A stretch of DNA of 64,000 bases from Pseudomonadota bacterium (GTDB lineage: Bacteria; Pseudomonadota; Alphaproteobacteria; UBA8366), in NCBI GenBank assembly GCA_036339585.1, contig JAYZAS010000004.1:121767-185766 (forward strand), read 5' to 3'. The notes under the pieces were generated by a model. It saw nothing but the letters and a program-made list of their open reading frames with translations, was not told the origin of the DNA and searched no databases. The position numbers and the translations under genes are program-made. Shown piece by piece: positions 50,521-59,605 of this stretch (position 1 is its first letter; each line of letters starts with the position of its first letter).

Positions 50521-52857
50521 TCAACCTTGGGCCCGCTTTGCTGATGTGATGGCTCGCCATATAACTTCCGATGTCATGGGCATATCAAGATGATTGACGC
50601 CTAGCGGTGCAAGAGCATTTATCACCGCATTCGCAACACATGGCAATGCACCTACCGTACCCGCCTCACCAGCCCCCTTAATGCCAGTTGGATTAGTCTT
50701 GCAAGGAACGGGATTGGATCCAACGGCAATTGAACTAATGTCATCCGCTCTAGGCATACAATAGTCCATAAAACTTCCGGAAATTAGCTGTCCTTCGTTA
50801 TCATAGAAAATATTTTCCATAAGCACCTGCCCAAGACCTTGTGCCACGCCACCATGTATTTGGCCCTTCAACAACAGAGGATTAACAACAACGCCAACAT
50901 CATCGACGACTGAATATCTCTGTATGTCAACACGCCCGGTATCCTGATCTATCTCTAATTCGCATACATGCGTACCATTTGGAAACGTCTCAGCCTCCGG
51001 GAGATGGGAGTACATTTCGTCTAGCCCGATTTCCACATCATGAGGAATTCGGTTTGGCGAAAAAGAGGCCCGTGCTACCTCCATTATATTCATCGCCTTA
51101 TCAGTCCCAGCAACCTTGAAGCTACCATCAGAGAATTCAATGTCGTCCTCAGCAGCCTCAAGATTATGGGCGGCAATTTTTTTGGCTTTTTCTATGATCT
51201 TACCGGATGCGCCAAAAATTGCTGCCCCGCCAAGTTCTGCTGACCGAGACCCTCCCGTTCCCTCACCCATGGAAACTTGGTCCGTATCGCCCTCTATCAT
51301 CCGAATCCTTTCAACGGGAATTCCCAACCTATCCGACAGTATCTGCTTAAAACACGTGTCGTGACCCTGACCATGACTGATGGTTCCCATAAGAAGCAGC
51401 ACCGAACCTGCTTTAGTAAAGCGAATCTCGGCGTGTTCAAAGCGCCGCCTTCCTCCAGCTTGTTCTATTGTATTTGAAATCCCGATACCACGCAGCATGC
51501 CTACTTTTGCCGCCTCCTCGCGACGAGCTTCAAATCCCTCGTAATCTGCAAGTTTGAGAGCCATATCAAGACTCTTCTCAAAGTCACCCGAATCATATTT
51601 GAAGGTGAGCGCAGTCTGAAACGGGAGTGCATCCTTAGGTATGAGATTAAGCCGGCGCAGCTCGGCTGGATCAATCTCCATTTTATGTGCTGCAATATCA
51701 ATAAGTCTTTCCATTATATATGCCGCTTCGGGTCGACCCGCCCCACGGTAAGGGGCAGTGCTGCTTGTATTTGTGAGAACCGCATCAACGTGCACATACA
51801 TTGCCTCCGTGGTGTACGTTCCAGCCATCGTGCCGATATTTCCAAGCGGAGGGTTAGGCCCCCGTGAGGCGACGTAGGCGCCAAGATTAGCAATAGTTTT
51901 ACATTTCACCCCAAGAAATTTACCATCTTTAGTCAATGCCAGGGCTGCATCACTTACGTTGTCACGAGCATGCGTATCGCTGATAAATGACTCTGAACGT
52001 GGTGCGTACCATTTTACAGGCCTATCCAATAGTTTTGCGGCCCAAAGCACCAATACATATTCTGGATATGTGCCGCCTTTCATACCAAAGCTTCCACCTA
52101 TATCATCGGAAATAATACGAAAGTTATATTCCGGCTCACAGAATACATTTTCGGCCAAATCAGCACGAATATTATGTGGCTGCTGCAGACCAGTATGGAG
52201 AATATAACGGCTTCCATGCCTATCAAATTCACCAATACAACCGCGATTTTCCATAGAGTTGGTTGATACCCTATTTATCACAAATTTCTGTTGGACAATA
52301 ACATCCGCTCTATTAAATGCAGTTAATGTTGCATCTTCATCACCTACATCGTGACAAAAGGCTATATTGTCAGGACATTCTTCCCAAACTGGAATTGAAT
52401 TTGGACCAACCGCAGCCGATGTTCCAACCATAGCCGGCAGTACCTCATACTCAATCTCTATTAATTCAGCCGCATCCTTTGCTTGATCCAAGGTCTCTGC
52501 GACAATGAAAGCAATTTGGTCACCCACACATCGAATTCTATCGGTTACCAGCGCTGGACGCGGTGGACGAAATATTGGCTTACCATCAGGGCGTCTTGGT
52601 GTGCCTACATCAGTAACAACACCGTTTAATCCCGATTTGACAAAATCTTCACCAGTAAGAATTAACAACACACCCGGCGCGGCAGCAGCGTGTTCTGTTT
52701 TGATGTTTCTAATGCGTGCATGCGCCACCGTGGCACGCAAGATATATCCATGTACCATACGGTTAATGCGAATATCGTCCAAATAACGGCCAACGCCTTT
52801 CAAAAGCCGCGGATCCTCAGTCCGCGGAACAGATTGCCCTATGGCGTATCGAACCAT
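50521..52857 (-). CDS. xanthine dehydrogenase/aldehyde oxidase/CoxL-family molybdopterin-binding large subunit
   Basis: 778 aa with the N-terminal 'GQSVPRTEDPRLLKGVGRYLDD', then 'APYRGAGRPEAAYIMERLID' and 'GGSFG'. Confidence 0.9.
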   Translation of the reverse strand: MVRYAIGQSVPRTEDPRLLKGVGRYLDDIRINRMVHGYILRATVAHARIRNIKTEHAAAAPGVLLILTGEDFVKSGLNGVVTDVGTPRRPDGKPIFRPPRPALVTDRIRCVGDQIAFIVAETLDQAKDAAELIEIEYEVLPAMVGTSAAVGPNSIPVWEECPDNIAFCHDVGDEDATLTAFNRADVIVQQKFVINRVSTNSMENRGCIGEFDRHGSRYILHTGLQQPHNIRADLAENVFCEPEYNFRIISDDIGGSFGMKGGTYPEYVLVLWAAKLLDRPVKWYAPRSESFISDTHARDNVSDAALALTKDGKFLGVKCKTIANLGAYVASRGPNPPLGNIGTMAGTYTTEAMYVHVDAVLTNTSSTAPYRGAGRPEAAYIMERLIDIAAHKMEIDPAELRRLNLIPKDALPFQTALTFKYDSGDFEKSLDMALKLADYEGFEARREEAAKVGMLRGIGISNTIEQAGGRRRFEHAEIRFTKAGSVLLLMGTISHGQGHDTCFKQILSDRLGIPVERIRMIEGDTDQVSMGEGTGGSRSAELGGAAIFGASGKIIEKAKKIAAHNLEAAEDDIEFSDGSFKVAGTDKAMNIMEVARASFSPNRIPHDVEIGLDEMYSHLPEAETFPNGTHVCELEIDQDTGRVDIQRYSVVDDVGVVVNPLLLKGQIHGGVAQGLGQVLMENIFYDNEGQLISGSFMDYCMPRADDISSIAVGSNPVPCKTNPTGIKGAGEAGTVGALPCVANAVINALAPLGVNHLDMPMTSEVIWRAITSAKRAQG

Positions 52858-52970
52858 ATACCCTCCAAACTAGTGCAACACCTTTAATATTAAGCGGCAA
52901 TAAAGGGATACGCACCTCTTAGTCCCTTGCCATTCCAAAAGAATCACAGAACACTAACAATGGGTAGTTT

Positions 52971-53867
52971 TTAAAAGTCATACAACTTAGCAGGGTTATC
53001 TACGAAAATCATTTTTCTAATCGCTTCGTCTGGAACCCAGTCCACCATTGCATCCAAACAGGATGCCTCGTCTGGCTTATCATTTATGGGAAATTGTGGA
53101 TGGGGCCAGTTCGCGGCCCACACTAGCCGATCGGGCCGCACCTCCAAAAGTGCCCTAACATAAACGGCAACTTGCTCATAATCAGGGAAATCCCCGTTTT
53201 TGCCGTGGTGACCATCGGTGCACATGTAATAAGGTGCCGATATCTTAATCCAGCAGCGGCCAGTTTCGAAAAATTTGAGTAAGGCATTAAAACCATTAGT
53301 GTCTGCCGATTGGCCTGCACCTATCCGCCCGATGTGATCTATTACACAATCTACCGGTAATTTTTGAAATATACTGACCGCTTCTTCTAACCATACCCCG
53401 TCGTCTTGGAACTGTATATGCCAGCCCAACGGAGCAACCTTTTCAGCCATTGGAATAGCATCTTCAAGCGCGAAATCATCCGCCATCAAAAAAAACCGCA
53501 AACCACGAATTCCTTGTGTGTGGAGTTTCCATAGTTCTTTCTCTGATATGTCTTTCCTGGTAACACAAACGCCACGAGTTGTTTCCAGGCCCCGCGCGGC
53601 TATCGATTTCAGTGTACATCGATTGTCCGATCCATACGCTGATGGCTGAACGATTACGGCGCGATCGAAACCAAGCCTATCTAACATCTCGTTATAAGCA
53701 TTTAGTGAACATATAGGCTCGCCTAAACGCCCCGGCCAAAGAGGATATTTTTCTAGCGGCCCATAAATGTGTGAGTGAGTTTCACATGAGTTTGGAGGGA
53801 GTTTTAATTGGGGTTTCCTGCCAGAATCTGTGAGAGTAAGCTGATGCTTGTCATTCAATGTATTCAT
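52971..53867 (-). CDS. amidohydrolase_2-family metal-dependent hydrolase (LigI/ACMSD-like)
   Basis: Start at MNTLNDKH. Metal motif 'CETHSHIYGP' and a later 'VIDHIG' and 'WPHP'. About 298 aa. Confidence 0.78.
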   Translation of the reverse strand: MNTLNDKHQLTLTDSGRKPQLKLPPNSCETHSHIYGPLEKYPLWPGRLGEPICSLNAYNEMLDRLGFDRAVIVQPSAYGSDNRCTLKSIAARGLETTRGVCVTRKDISEKELWKLHTQGIRGLRFFLMADDFALEDAIPMAEKVAPLGWHIQFQDDGVWLEEAVSIFQKLPVDCVIDHIGRIGAGQSADTNGFNALLKFFETGRCWIKISAPYYMCTDGHHGKNGDFPDYEQVAVYVRALLEVRPDRLVWAANWPHPQFPINDKPDEASCLDAMVDWVPDEAIRKMIFVDNPAKLYDF

Positions 53868-54153
53868 GCTTTTATAGCCTTGCGACAATAATATTAACAA
53901 AGGCATAACATGTATTGGCTTACAGAGTCAGCGACTCGGGGTGTTTTTACATCAATTTATTGCCTAATCTACATTCTCAATAACGTGCCCAAGACCCTAA
54001 AAAACTTATTCGCAATCCTAAAATATCATTTCAAAAAAATGGGTTATAACAAGTTTCTTCGGTATTGACTGTTGCTCCAAATAATCTCTGCTTGAAATTT
54101 TTTGAGAAAAAAACTACCACAAGTAGTGTAAAGGACGTGTTTGGTGACAATAT

Positions 54154-54450
54154 ATGCTGTTTAAGACCGACAAAAAAGATCTTCGCGTGGCTCCTGGCAA
54201 TAGGTATCGAAAATCGGATGATACTGAATTGGTGTGGATAATCAAAAATGTTTACACACCGAATGGGTTTGAAACGCACGCACGAGCATATCCAACCAAT
54301 GATCCAAGTGATGTGAGATTATACGCAGCCTCGGTTTTTGGTGATGTTAGGTTTTTTGATCCTATTCACGTACAAGTCGAAGATGGCAAGGCATCCGAGT
54401 CCAAAGCGCCAGCATTTGCCGAGCCCGCAACTCTAAAACCTGCGGAATAA
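54154..54450 (+). CDS. hypothetical small protein
   Basis: 98-aa ORF in an AT-rich intergenic stretch. No recognisable family and no strong SD. Confidence 0.3.
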   Translation: MLFKTDKKDLRVAPGNRYRKSDDTELVWIIKNVYTPNGFETHARAYPTNDPSDVRLYAASVFGDVRFFDPIHVQVEDGKASESKAPAFAEPATLKPAE

Positions 54451-54831
54451 GAAACTCACAAAAAAACTTTTGAAATCGTTTAGCAAAAAAATTTTGGTGC
54501 CACTGCCGTTTAATTATGGATCTCTAAATCCTTTTCCTGCGTTAGACGGAAAAAACTTTAGCTGCCAAGACCCAACAATTGCCTTATTTGTCTACCACAT
54601 ACTTGAGACCCAAAAGTTTGTGACGTTTTGAAAGCATCTGATTGCTTTTTGAAGGATGGAAGAGTAATCCCTTGTGTTCATTTTCTCATGCCTATGGGCT
54701 TGGTTTGACAAACCTAGAATGAGAAAGCCGATTATCAGTTTAAAACGAGTATGCTCCGAGTTCGATATAAATGTCCTTGTGGATGAGCAAGAATTATCAG
54801 GAACACCAGTTACTGCGGGGCCTTAAGAGAA

Positions 54832-56148
54832 ATGCCGCATAAGCCAAGTGAATTAGCCTCTATGAGGACACGTGATTTTAACAGAGTCACGCCTAACATG
54901 TTATTTGCTAACAGAAATTACCTAAAGCTGTGGTTTAACGGCGGCACGGCAACAACCATGCGCTGGCTTGAATTGCTTGCAATAGGTTTTTTTACTCAGA
55001 AAGCCACTGAATCTGAATTTCTCGTAGCGATGATGTTTTTTCTTCGTTGGATACCAATGGTCCTTCTAGGAAGCTTCGTTGGAGTACTTGCCGAGAGATT
55101 TGACCGCCGCAAGCTATTCCTCTACGGCATTTTTATGCTTTGGATGGTGTCAGCTACACTTTTTGTTTTAACCTGGTTTGATGCGCTAGAGATCTGGCAC
55201 GTAGCTCTTGGGACAACCATTAATGGCTGTCTAAACGTTATCGAATTTCCAATTCGCCGAACTCTTATCGGAGATGTTGTAAAATCTAAAGAACTTGTAC
55301 CTGCCATGGCGCTTGATTCTGTTACTAACCAGTGTACGCGAATGGCCGGACCATTTCTTGGAGTGATTATCGAAGGATATCTCGGGATAATTGGGGTTTA
55401 TTTCTTAGGTTTGATTTTGCATGCCATCGGTTTTGTACTATCGTACTCTCTTAAACCCCCTGTGCAGAAACCAAGAATAGAGAAAAAACGGGTGCTAACT
55501 GAGATAAGCGATGGGTTCAAACATATCAAAACACGTGACATGCTTACTGCGACATTAGTGGTCACGGCGATAATGAACGCTTTTGCCATGTCATTTTCAT
55601 CACAGATACCAGCAATAGCAGTTGAAGAACTAAATTTAGATACAAACCAATCCAGCTTTCTTGCAGGAGCCGAAGGTTTGGGTGCATTTATTGGTGCTTT
55701 AATAATAGCAACACGCCAGTTTACAACTCCCGGTCGTCTTCTTCTCTTTGGCTCAATCATATTCGAGATTTTCCTTATCGCATTTTCCCATGCACCCGAA
55801 CTAATTTTTGCAATACCCCTATTGGTGTTGAGCGGGATTGGCCATTCCGGTTTCTCCGCCAGCCAATCCGCCCTAATGATTGCATATTCTGATCCGACCA
55901 TGCGATCCCGTACAATGGGGGTACTTGCTGTATGTATCGGCACCCAGCCATTCGGCATTCTTCTCCTGGGAGTTATTGCAGAATTTTATGGGGCCCCTGT
56001 TGCAATTGCGATCTCGGCAAGTTTGGGAACAACGTTACTCATTTGGGCAGGCTATAAATGGCCTGCAATCTGGAGTGGTAGTTTTTACGAACCACCAAAT
56101 GATCTAAGCCATCAGAAGCAAGACAATGATCGCAGTAACAACAAGTGA
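54832..56148 (+). CDS. MFS transporter
   Basis: 438 aa with about 12 hydrophobic segments and an MFS_3-like N-terminus ('FRNRNY'-type 'FANRNYLKLW'). Confidence 0.85.
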   Translation: MPHKPSELASMRTRDFNRVTPNMLFANRNYLKLWFNGGTATTMRWLELLAIGFFTQKATESEFLVAMMFFLRWIPMVLLGSFVGVLAERFDRRKLFLYGIFMLWMVSATLFVLTWFDALEIWHVALGTTINGCLNVIEFPIRRTLIGDVVKSKELVPAMALDSVTNQCTRMAGPFLGVIIEGYLGIIGVYFLGLILHAIGFVLSYSLKPPVQKPRIEKKRVLTEISDGFKHIKTRDMLTATLVVTAIMNAFAMSFSSQIPAIAVEELNLDTNQSSFLAGAEGLGAFIGALIIATRQFTTPGRLLLFGSIIFEIFLIAFSHAPELIFAIPLLVLSGIGHSGFSASQSALMIAYSDPTMRSRTMGVLAVCIGTQPFGILLLGVIAEFYGAPVAIAISASLGTTLLIWAGYKWPAIWSGSFYEPPNDLSHQKQDNDRSNNK

Positions 56149-57015
56149 CATGCCTATAAATTCATGGACCCGTGCCCGTTCTTTAAATACCAAGTAAGAA
56201 ACCAATATTGAGAGAATTACTTCAAGCTGACTGACCGTTTTAACGTATGCCACACGCTCAAGTGTCATAGCACTAAACCAGCCAACAGAGCCGAGGGCAC
56301 TGAAAATACCTACCATCAAACTAGGTTTCCATAGCCTAATAATATTTTGAATCTCAGACTTATCCTGGAGGATAAGATAAAACACGATGAGAAACACCTC
56401 AATCGACAGCACTATCACGAGCACAAAACCTGCTTTCAACAAGAAACCACCCTCTGTTAACTCAAGTGCAGCTGCACGAATAAACACGGAAGCCGCCGCG
56501 ATCCCAAAGCCGCTGAGAACCCCGTAAACTGCAGCTCTAGTAAAGAGACCTGTTAAAATGCTATTGAGATCGAATTTCCCACCAACGGCCGATAACATCA
56601 CGACACCTGTCATGCTAATGACTATCGCACTATACCCGGCAAGGGATATTTGATCACCAACCAACAATAATCCCAACAGCGCTGACTGGATAATTTCAGT
56701 TTTTGTGTAAGTGATGCCGACGGCAAAATTACGCTGCCTTAACAAAAGAATGAGAAAAAGTGTACCCAAAATTTGGGTTACTGCAGCACAAAAACAATAG
56801 CCCCAAAAAACTAATGTGGTGGAGGGAATGAGAGTCCCACCGGCAAAATATTTTAAGATACCATAATATAAAAACCCAAATGGTAAGCCGAACACAAATC
56901 GAACGCAGACCACGCCGATCGAGCTCATGCTGGTAGTAAGATGCTTCTGCAGACTATGCCGGACGACCTGCATGACCACAGCAAAAAGGGTGATCCAGAC
57001 CCAGAGCTCCAACAT
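56104..57015 (-). CDS. EamA/DMT-family transporter
   Basis: 303 aa with about 10 TM segments in a two-repeat architecture. Last gene of the Rieske/NHase string. Confidence 0.82.
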   Translation of the reverse strand: MLELWVWITLFAVVMQVVRHSLQKHLTTSMSSIGVVCVRFVFGLPFGFLYYGILKYFAGGTLIPSTTLVFWGYCFCAAVTQILGTLFLILLLRQRNFAVGITYTKTEIIQSALLGLLLVGDQISLAGYSAIVISMTGVVMLSAVGGKFDLNSILTGLFTRAAVYGVLSGFGIAAASVFIRAAALELTEGGFLLKAGFVLVIVLSIEVFLIVFYLILQDKSEIQNIIRLWKPSLMVGIFSALGSVGWFSAMTLERVAYVKTVSQLEVILSILVSYLVFKERARVHEFIGMSLVVTAIIVLLLMA

Positions 57016-57057
57016 CAGAAAACCCTATTTTATGCTACGAGGTGACTCAAGAACTTC

Positions 57058-57375
57058 TTACACCTTACGTTGACGAGCGCGCACATCTTCAAGCTTTGTC
57101 GTAAGTTCTTCGTCAGAAAATATCCCTTTCTCAATCAGTAACGCCTGCAAACTCCAGAGCTTACGTTCATAATAGTTAAGCTTTTTATAATCTTCACCGA
57201 GAGCCTCAATAGCGCGTCTACCCTCGTGCGTGTTAGTTAAATTCGCCCCGAGTGGACGCAGCAATTGGCCCATCGCATCGACGCGCCACTCCCAAAAAGC
57301 CAATTCGTGGTCGGCTGTATCAATGGGGCCACCGGCCTCACCTCCCATATCGGCTGGATTTTTCTTCTTTCTCAT
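57058..57375 (-). CDS. nitrile hydratase beta-subunit N-terminal-half-like protein (or beta-like accessory/chaperone)
   Basis: 105 aa. 'ADMGGEAGGPID...LAFWEWRVDAM...RRAIEALGEDYKKLNYYERKLWSLQALLIEKGIFSDEEL' aligns by eye to residues ~1-100 of NHase beta. Its start overlaps the alpha stop (TAATG). Confidence 0.68.
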   Translation of the reverse strand: MRKKKNPADMGGEAGGPIDTADHELAFWEWRVDAMGQLLRPLGANLTNTHEGRRAIEALGEDYKKLNYYERKLWSLQALLIEKGIFSDEELTTKLEDVRARQRKV

Positions 57376-57995
57376 TACGCCACTCTCACAGTAGTAACAC
57401 CAATCATCGAGTCTCGAGTAACAAGCTTCGAAAGCTGTTTTTCAGTCATGTTTTTGGTCTGATCGGGGCGCATGGGTAACACTAAATAACGGAGATCTGC
57501 TGTACTATCATGTACTCTCAACTCAATTTCTTCTGGTATATCAGTTCCAAATTCCTTCAGAACAGTCCTCGGCTCGCGAATTAACCTACGTCGGTAATTA
57601 GAGCTTTTATACCATGCAGGTGGTAAACCAAGGACTGGTCTTGGGTAACAAGAGCAGAGTGTACAGACTACAACATTATGAACCTCAGGTGTATTCTCAA
57701 TGACCTTCAGTTCTAAATCGCCCATCCCAACGTCATATTGAGCGACCGCTTTAGTGCCGTCTTCCAAAAGTAGCTTCTTGAAATCATTATCGCACCAGGC
57801 ACGTGCAATGATTTTACTACCTAAAGCGGGCGTCTTCTGCTCCCAATCCTCAACTTGTTTTCGAATTTGGTCTGCGGTCAAAATGCCCTTTTCAATTAAA
57901 AGTTCACGGACTGCTATTTCACGAACTTGCGTTTCTGTTATATCTGGCCCTTCAGTATCTTTCTGAAATTCGGACTGATCGTGTTCATGAGGCAT
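57375..57995 (-). CDS. nitrile hydratase alpha subunit, Co-type metal centre
   Basis: 206 aa with 'VVVCTLCSCYPRPVLGLPPAWYKSSNYRRRLIREPRTVLKEFG' and 'LVTRDSMIGV'. The CTLCSC claw-setting motif is intact. Confidence 0.9.
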   Translation of the reverse strand: MPHEHDQSEFQKDTEGPDITETQVREIAVRELLIEKGILTADQIRKQVEDWEQKTPALGSKIIARAWCDNDFKKLLLEDGTKAVAQYDVGMGDLELKVIENTPEVHNVVVCTLCSCYPRPVLGLPPAWYKSSNYRRRLIREPRTVLKEFGTDIPEEIELRVHDSTADLRYLVLPMRPDQTKNMTEKQLSKLVTRDSMIGVTTVRVA

Positions 57996-58053
57996 AAAAA
58001 CTTTCTCCGGCCTGTTCTAAAAATTTCAAAAACTATGCTATTTGCCTGTTTTC

Positions 58054-58437
58054 TTAATCGATCGTCGACACTACTCTTGAGATTTCGTCCACTACTTTTA
58101 CTCCGGATCGAGTGTACACTATTTTGTCCCCGTCTAAAATGACCCCGGCGGGATAAAGTTTCTGGCCCTCACATGGGCCGTCAATACACATCCCGTCTTC
58201 AATCCGAAAATATGCGGCATGTGAATTGCAAAATAAAAGCCCTGGCTTACCCCTCGTCATAAAGTTCCCAACTTCCCCATCTAATCGAGAACCTATGTGC
58301 GGGCAAAGGTTAATGTAAGCCCTTATATCGCTACCAATACGGATTATTATCAACCGCTGAGCTACAGTCCCACCCTCAACGCTAAATCCTTTTGCTTCGC
58401 CATCACAAAGATCAGTAAGTCGGCACAGCTCAATCAT
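58054..58437 (-). CDS. Rieske [2Fe-2S] domain protein
   Basis: 127 aa with 'CPHIG' and 'CNSHAAYF', i.e. CxH...CxxH, plus 'GPC'. Confidence 0.85.
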   Translation of the reverse strand: MIELCRLTDLCDGEAKGFSVEGGTVAQRLIIIRIGSDIRAYINLCPHIGSRLDGEVGNFMTRGKPGLLFCNSHAAYFRIEDGMCIDGPCEGQKLYPAGVILDGDKIVYTRSGVKVVDEISRVVSTID

Positions 58438-58612
58438 TGGGGCTACCCCTCTCGGCGCATCATCTATATATCTTGCAACTAAAAAAGGCTCGAATCCCGG
58501 AATATTTTCTCAGTCTGTTTTTTGTCTATCGCTTCTGGCGGAGAACTTATCATCACGTTCAATCAATATTATATGAGTCTTCTCCATAACATCTGCGAAA
58601 TCCGCTACTGTA

Positions 58613-59605
58613 TCAATATTCAGCAAACATTCGTCGCAATTCTGATGTTTCTTTTGATACAGTAAGTGCCATCATAGTCAGTATCCGCGCCTTCTGCGGA
58701 TTGAGATTGTCTGCACTTATCCAACCCTGATTGAAATATTCGGAACGGTCCAATACACGACCGGAACCGGCTCGAGAAGAGAATATAACGGGTATGCCTT
58801 TGGCATTAGCTTCTTGCAGTGCCCGCTTTTGGTCAGGGGCCGGAGTCCCAGGAGGCATGGTTGCCATCACAATTGCTTCTGCACCCCCTGCAATTACCGC
58901 CGCAACTTGATCGCCTGATGCACCAGCATACGAATAAATTATGTCGACACGCGGCAGGCTATCTCGCCCAGCCACGTTGAATTCTGTGTCTGGCGCATGT
59001 CTTCGAGTGGGTTTTCGGTAAACAGAAATACGGTCATCTGGGTCCGCATGGCCGAGCATTCCCATGTCCGGAGTGCGAAAGGTCTGAAGCCTGTAGGTCG
59101 AAGTCTTGGTAACTTCACGTGCGCACTGGATCTCATTATTAAGAATAGTCAGTACTCCCATGCCCTTACATTCGGGCGCGCTAGCGACTTGAAGGCCATT
59201 CCTAAGATTGGCACCTCCATCAGTGGCAAACCCCGACGAGGGCCTCTGAGCTCCTATAACCACAATCGTGTTCTGAGATTTGTGAGCCAAGTGGAGAAAA
59301 TAAGCGGTTTCTTCTAAACTGGCTGTGCCATGAGTTATTACAATACCATCGTGGACCTTTGCGACATCTTCAACCTTAGCCAATAACTCAAGCCATGTCT
59401 CAGGCCCAATGGCAGAACTGGAGATCCGACCAAAGTCGACAGGTGTTACGTCGGCTACTGAAGCGGCCTCCGGAAATAAATCTAATAATTCCCTTGGCCC
59501 ATATCTCTCTCCGTGGGCCACGTAGTCAAAGGTGTCAAGGCTGTTTTTACCCTTTGATCCTATCGTGCCCCCGGTAGTTACAAGAGCAATTTTTGGCTTA
59601 GTCAT
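58613..59605 (-). CDS. L-asparaginase/glutaminase type II family protein (variant active-site motif)
   Basis: Start at MTKPKIALV behind GGAGG. Has 'LVTTGGTIGS', 'ITHGTASLEETAYFL' (canonical HGTDT) and 'REVTKTST'. Confidence 0.82.
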   Translation of the reverse strand: MTKPKIALVTTGGTIGSKGKNSLDTFDYVAHGERYGPRELLDLFPEAASVADVTPVDFGRISSSAIGPETWLELLAKVEDVAKVHDGIVITHGTASLEETAYFLHLAHKSQNTIVVIGAQRPSSGFATDGGANLRNGLQVASAPECKGMGVLTILNNEIQCAREVTKTSTYRLQTFRTPDMGMLGHADPDDRISVYRKPTRRHAPDTEFNVAGRDSLPRVDIIYSYAGASGDQVAAVIAGGAEAIVMATMPPGTPAPDQKRALQEANAKGIPVIFSSRAGSGRVLDRSEYFNQGWISADNLNPQKARILTMMALTVSKETSELRRMFAEY

